From positions 1 through 41,748 of the forward strand of contig JAJDDZ010000312.1 in assembly GCA_029260025.1 (NCBI GenBank): DNA of 41,748 nucleotides, in the 5' to 3' direction. Shown here one piece after another: positions 37,692 through 41,748 of this stretch (position 1 is its first letter; each line of letters starts with the position of its first letter). The notes beneath the pieces were generated by a model. It saw only the letters and a list, made by a program, of their open reading frames with translations. It was not told the origin of the DNA and made no database searches. Both the position numbers and the translations under genes were made by a program. The stretch comes from Phycisphaerae bacterium. GTDB taxonomy: Bacteria; Planctomycetota; Phycisphaerae; UBA1845.

Positions 37692-39733
37692 TCACTCGTC
37701 CCCGATCCCAGAGCTACTTTGTTCGCGCCCGAGATTCCCAACTCGTCTACAACAGTCCTCTTGTCCGGCGCGACACCACCTTCGGCACGTGGTAGCTGCA
37801 GTCGAACAATGAAAGAACTTCCGCAACCAGGCGCGCTCTCAACCCAGATCTCGCCACCCATCAGTTCGATGAGTTGTTTGGAAATCGCAAGACCAAGTCC
37901 TGTCCCGCCGTATTCACGAGTCGTCGCCCCGTCAGCTTGCGTGAAGCTCTCGAAGATCGCGCTCAATCGATCTGGAGATATCCCGATCCCCGTATCCTTG
38001 ACGCAGACTCGAACAGTCGCCGAGTTTTCCGAAATCTTCTCGGGAACGGCACTCACGATGACCGATCCGCGCTCCGTAAACTTGACCGCGTTGCTCATGA
38101 GGTTCGTCATGACTTGACGAAGTCGATGCGGGTCGCCAATAAGGTCGCCGGGAATCTCTTCGCTAACTTCAGCGCTAAGCGTAATCGATTTCTCCCGAGC
38201 ACCTGGCCCCAAAACGTCAAGCACCGATCGAATGCAACCCTTCAGATCCAAGGCAACAGACTCCAGCTCAAGTTTTCCGGCGCCAATTTTCGAGAAATCC
38301 AAGATGTCGTTGATCAAAACGAGTAGCGACTCAGAACACTCCATCACAATCTCAAGATTCTCGCGTTGTTCGTCTTCAAGATCATAGTCCAGGGCGATTT
38401 GCGTCATCCCAATGATCCCATTCATTGGTGTCCGGATTTCGTGGCTGATGTTGGCGAGGAATTCGCCCTTCGCCTTGTCGCCAGCCTCCGCTCGTTCTTT
38501 GGCGATACGGAGTTCTTCGACTTTCGCCTTCGCATCGGTAATATCTCGCGTCGACGCCAAATGGGCCACGACAGACCCATCCGCATCCCTGAGAGGAACG
38601 GCATGTGTTTCCATCCAGCGGATATCACCGCTGAGAATTCGGACTTCAAACTGAAGAGACAGTGATTCACCATCAAAAACGCGACGATTCAAATCCTTGA
38701 AAGCGCCGTGGTCTTGTGCGCAGATAAAGTCGTAGACTGAGGCACCTTCGATACTCTCTTCCGGATCCATTCCTAAGATGTTTCGCCCTGCAGGGTTCAT
38801 CGCGATAACTCGCCCTTCCCGGTCCAAGGTTTTCACGCACTCAGGCTGTGAGGCAAGAACCGTACGAAGATGAAGCTCCTTCTCAGCAAGCGCAGCCGCG
38901 GACCGGGTGAGCTCCGAAGTACGCTCGCGAACTTGGTTTTCAAGATCCTCCGTGTTCTCGCTCAGAGCTTGCGCCATCCGATTGAAGGACCGCGATAGCA
39001 CGCCGATCTCACCAACCGAGTTTTCGCTAGCACGATGGTCGAGATCGCCCTCCGCCAGGCGAGTCGTCGTTTCCACTAAGTCTTCAACAGGCAAGAGTAG
39101 CTGTCGGACGGCAAGCACAGTGATCCCTGCGCAAAGTGCAATCACAAGTGCCAACACCAAGAGGCTAAAAAGGATGTCAGAGTTTGTCTGCGCCTGAAGA
39201 TCGTCGAGTCGATGCGTGATACTAACGGTTCCGATCGGAAGTCGATTGTCTAGATCAGCCTCCGAGTCCTCTCCGTCACCAAGGTCAAGTTCAATTACGT
39301 CACCGCTCAGCCAAACCGGCAATGTAACAAAGAGATAATCTGCCGTGCGTAATAATTCAGGTTTGGCGTCACGCTTCGGTGTCGTCGATAGAGGAAACTC
39401 GCATGAGCAATTGGCCGGGTCCGTATGCCCAGCGCGACAGAAAAGAGCGATCGCCTTCCCGCTTGAGTCATGAACGCGAACGTTCGAAATCTCGCTGTCG
39501 GGGGAAAGCGTCCGTACGATCCGAGTGAGCGCTTTCTTGTCGCCCAAGAGAATGCTCGGCTCGGCGTTGTAAGCGAGACTATGGCATTGCCGAACAGCTT
39601 CCTTCTCAAGCGTCGCAACGGCCTTTCCTTGCGTTCGCCAGACCAGTGCGGTCGTAATGCACACTCCCGTCCCGAGCACCAACAAGATGCAAAGGAGGAT
39701 TGCTCTACCTTTAAGTCCAAACGCGCTCAGCAT
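37688..39733 (-). CDS. Membrane sensor histidine kinase (TM-periplasmic-TM-HAMP-PAS-HisKA-HATPase)
   Basis: H-box 'FLANISHEIRTPMNGI', N-box 'NLMSNAVKFT', 'DTGIGI', 'FTQAD...GGTGLGL', HAMP 'EIGVLSRSFNRM', PAS/PAC 'RW...RDIT'. ATGA overlap with the downstream regulator. Confidence 0.93.
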   Translation of the reverse strand: MLSAFGLKGRAILLCILLVLGTGVCITTALVWRTQGKAVATLEKEAVRQCHSLAYNAEPSILLGDKKALTRIVRTLSPDSEISNVRVHDSSGKAIALFCRAGHTDPANCSCEFPLSTTPKRDAKPELLRTADYLFVTLPVWLSGDVIELDLGDGEDSEADLDNRLPIGTVSITHRLDDLQAQTNSDILFSLLVLALVIALCAGITVLAVRQLLLPVEDLVETTTRLAEGDLDHRASENSVGEIGVLSRSFNRMAQALSENTEDLENQVRERTSELTRSAAALAEKELHLRTVLASQPECVKTLDREGRVIAMNPAGRNILGMDPEESIEGASVYDFICAQDHGAFKDLNRRVFDGESLSLQFEVRILSGDIRWMETHAVPLRDADGSVVAHLASTRDITDAKAKVEELRIAKERAEAGDKAKGEFLANISHEIRTPMNGIIGMTQIALDYDLEDEQRENLEIVMECSESLLVLINDILDFSKIGAGKLELESVALDLKGCIRSVLDVLGPGAREKSITLSAEVSEEIPGDLIGDPHRLRQVMTNLMSNAVKFTERGSVIVSAVPEKISENSATVRVCVKDTGIGISPDRLSAIFESFTQADGATTREYGGTGLGLAISKQLIELMGGEIWVESAPGCGSSFIVRLQLPRAEGGVAPDKRTVVDELGISGANKVALGSGTSE

Positions 39734-39970
39734 GAAACAGTTTCCGGGAGTTCGAGCACGCTACGATCTATGACCAGCAGCGTCGAAACCCCTCTCAAGA
39801 CAATTCTTCTGGATCCTCAATCGATACAAGCGGGAACGCCCGCTCGACATTGATTCATCGGAAACCATCTAGACGTGTTCCAGAACCACCCAAATACCCG
39901 TGCGACCGATAATAACGACACCTATTGCCCGTCAAGATGGTACCTCAGTGACTCCGAGTGTCGCCCATAA

Positions 39971-39998
39971 CAAAGCGAGCAACGCAACAAGCCGATAA
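39971..39998 (+). promoter_or_regulatory. Possible sigma28 (FliA)-type promoter
   Basis: Perfect GCCGATAA -10 box at 39991-39998 with imperfect -35 (CAAA, 16 nt upstream), about 65 nt before ATG 40064. Confidence 0.3.
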
Positions 39999-40063
39999 AA
40001 ATGAGATAGCACGCACCGTTCTAAAGGACGTGGCTGCTTGCAGATTCACATGACGCTTTTTTC

Positions 40064-41068
40064 ATGGACATTAACTGTTTGAAAGTACTGTCGGAAACCA
40101 AGAGCTCCTGGCGCTCGATTTTGATACTTATCGCGCTCACGGCGATGACTTTTACAGCAGATTCCGCGCTCGCGAAGGGCAATCCGAAAACGAAATCAGT
40201 CGCAATCCTCTATTCAGCCAAAACCAGATACCTCAGCGCAGCCACAGCAATCGAAACGAAGCTTCGGTCTCAAGGACTTGATATACGCGCGATCGAGCTT
40301 CCTCCAAAGTCCAAGGGCAAAGAGTTCGCCGCTGCCGTCGCAGAATTGAAGAAGTTCAATCCGACCGTCGTAGCGACAGGCGGACGCGCCGCGACCGAAG
40401 TCGCGCTTGGTGAAATACCCAATGCAAAAGTCGTTTTCTTCATGGTTCCAAACGCGCTCGATGTCTCCTTCGATGATAGTAGTTCGCAAGGAGGCAGACA
40501 GATCGTGGGTGTTACGTCGGATATCGCCCCCGACGAACAGCTAAGATTGATCAAGAATCTCACCCCAGGAGTGACACGCCTGACGATTCTCGCAAGCGAT
40601 CGAACCAAGAAAACCGCCACTGCGATTTCCCAAGCGGGTACCAGGCTCGGCGTCGAGCTCCAAGTACTGATCGCCAGCCGCAACGAATTCCCCGCGACCA
40701 TCGACAAGCTGACAGCGAGCGGAACAGATGGTGTCATCATGATCCCCGACGCCAACATTTACAACTCAACCACCGTGCAACGTCTATTAGTATGGGGAGC
40801 GCGCAAACACAAATCCGTATGGGGGTTCTCCCCAAATATCGTTCGAGCAGGTGCGATAGCGGGGATCTTCTCAGACGCGGAGTCGGTTGGAAAACAAACT
40901 GCCATCTTGATCGAAAGCGTCCTGAGGGGCGAAGAAACCGAGTCTATCGGGCTTCACTATGCGACAGAAGTCCAAATAGCGATCAACGATAGAACAGCAC
41001 AAGTGATCGAAGTCAGTATCGAAGAACGGCATTTAAGCGCAAACACTGTGAGGTATGGTGACCAATGA
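40064..41068 (+). CDS. Periplasmic substrate-binding protein (ABC_sub_bind-like), not linked to an ABC permease here
   Basis: Signal peptide ending 'SALA'; 'VVFFMVPN', 'IVGV', 'TPGVTRL.IL', 'IPD', 'VRAGA', 'INDRTA' pattern of the ABC_sub_bind family. Confidence 0.75.
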   Translation: MDINCLKVLSETKSSWRSILILIALTAMTFTADSALAKGNPKTKSVAILYSAKTRYLSAATAIETKLRSQGLDIRAIELPPKSKGKEFAAAVAELKKFNPTVVATGGRAATEVALGEIPNAKVVFFMVPNALDVSFDDSSSQGGRQIVGVTSDIAPDEQLRLIKNLTPGVTRLTILASDRTKKTATAISQAGTRLGVELQVLIASRNEFPATIDKLTASGTDGVIMIPDANIYNSTTVQRLLVWGARKHKSVWGFSPNIVRAGAIAGIFSDAESVGKQTAILIESVLRGEETESIGLHYATEVQIAINDRTAQVIEVSIEERHLSANTVRYGDQ

Positions 41069-41748
41069 TTATCAGGACAAAACCAGACTCGACCAATCAA
41101 GACGACGGCTCTTGCGATCGCCAACCGCAAGACCCACGCGTCCCAGCCCCGAATCGTACGATGCAAAGGATCCTCGTTCGCCGTGGGCCGCGCCAATCGG
41201 CCTTCGTCGCCGACCCGACATCATACCGTCGCCCCGTGCGAGCCTCGCTCATCCTGGCTATCGCATGCGCTAATCTTGCTCCGTTTCACGGCGCTTCAGC
41301 TCAACTCCTGGCAGAGGAAAAAGAACCCGCACCAGATTCTGATCTAGTTGCGGACGCTGAGGAATTCGACGACATAGACCTGTTCGACCTGGACGTCCCG
41401 ATTGTCGTGACGGCTTCGCGAAAGGCCCAGTCCCTCGCTAAGGTGCCGTTTGCGATGAGCGTTGTCACCGCCGAGGACATTCGACGAGCCGGCGCAAGGT
41501 CGATTCCGGACGCACTTCGCTTGGTTCCAGGTGTCGATGTTGCCGAGCTTACCGACGGAAACGCGGCGGTTTCCCCCAGAGGATCCCACAGCTTTACTTC
41601 GCGTGCCGTACTCGTTTTGATTGACGGGCGACAGATTTTTGACTCATTTTTCGGCGGAACCCTCTGGGGAAGCTGGCCAATACAAATCGAGGACATCGCT
41701 CGAATCGAAGTCATTCGTGGTCCAGGCGGCGTCTCATGGGGGGCAAAC
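41065..41748 (+). CDS. TonB-dependent receptor, N-terminal plug domain (truncated by window end; not in ORF track)
   Basis: Open frame from ATG 41065 (ATGA overlap with the upstream stop; alternative ATG 41161) encoding 'IVVTASRKAQSLAKVPFAMSVVTAEDIRRAGARSIPDALRLVPGVDVA...VLVLIDGR...IEDIARIEVIRGPGGVSWGAN'. Confidence 0.92.
   Translation, partial: MIIRTKPDSTNQDDGSCDRQPQDPRVPAPNRTMQRILVRRGPRQSAFVADPTSYRRPVRASLILAIACANLAPFHGASAQLLAEEKEPAPDSDLVADAEEFDDIDLFDLDVPIVVTASRKAQSLAKVPFAMSVVTAEDIRRAGARSIPDALRLVPGVDVAELTDGNAAVSPRGSHSFTSRAVLVLIDGRQIFDSFFGGTLWGSWPIQIEDIARIEVIRGPGGVSWGAN

Overview
Bacterial chromosomal window, GC-rich; gene content and style suggest a planctomycete-like Gram-negative organism (inference only). 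It is mostly housekeeping and envelope genes: ArsR-SRPBCC, a cysteine synthase, a GT39 glycosyltransferase, system II cytochrome c biogenesis (ResB/CcsA), an M3 oligopeptidase, mqnE, MgtC, queF, xerD, tRNA-Leu(CAA), recQ, a YyaL-like thioredoxin plus RND/MFP/TolC operon, DinB, an S9 peptidase, tRNA-Ser(TGA), a C45 peptidase, two PilZ paralogs, panD, an NDUFA9-like SDR, gpmI, and a c-di-GMP locus (sensor kinase and REC-GGDEF-REC-GAF-HD-GYP, divergent from a substrate-binding protein and a TonB-dependent receptor). The best hidden signal is a 52-codon minus-strand ORF (31557-31715) missing from the ORF track. It has a strong RBS, an in-frame Cys-TGA and a bacterial-SECIS-like hairpin right after the TGA, making it a candidate small membrane selenoprotein. 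Also notable: an HExxH protease with a C-terminal clamp-binding-like motif behind xerD, a 234-bp inverted-repeat-bounded element between xerD and tRNA-Leu, and a G-rich to C-rich strand switch suggesting the replication terminus. No CRISPR array, rRNA or transposase was seen. All product calls come from motif recognition by eye, not database searches.
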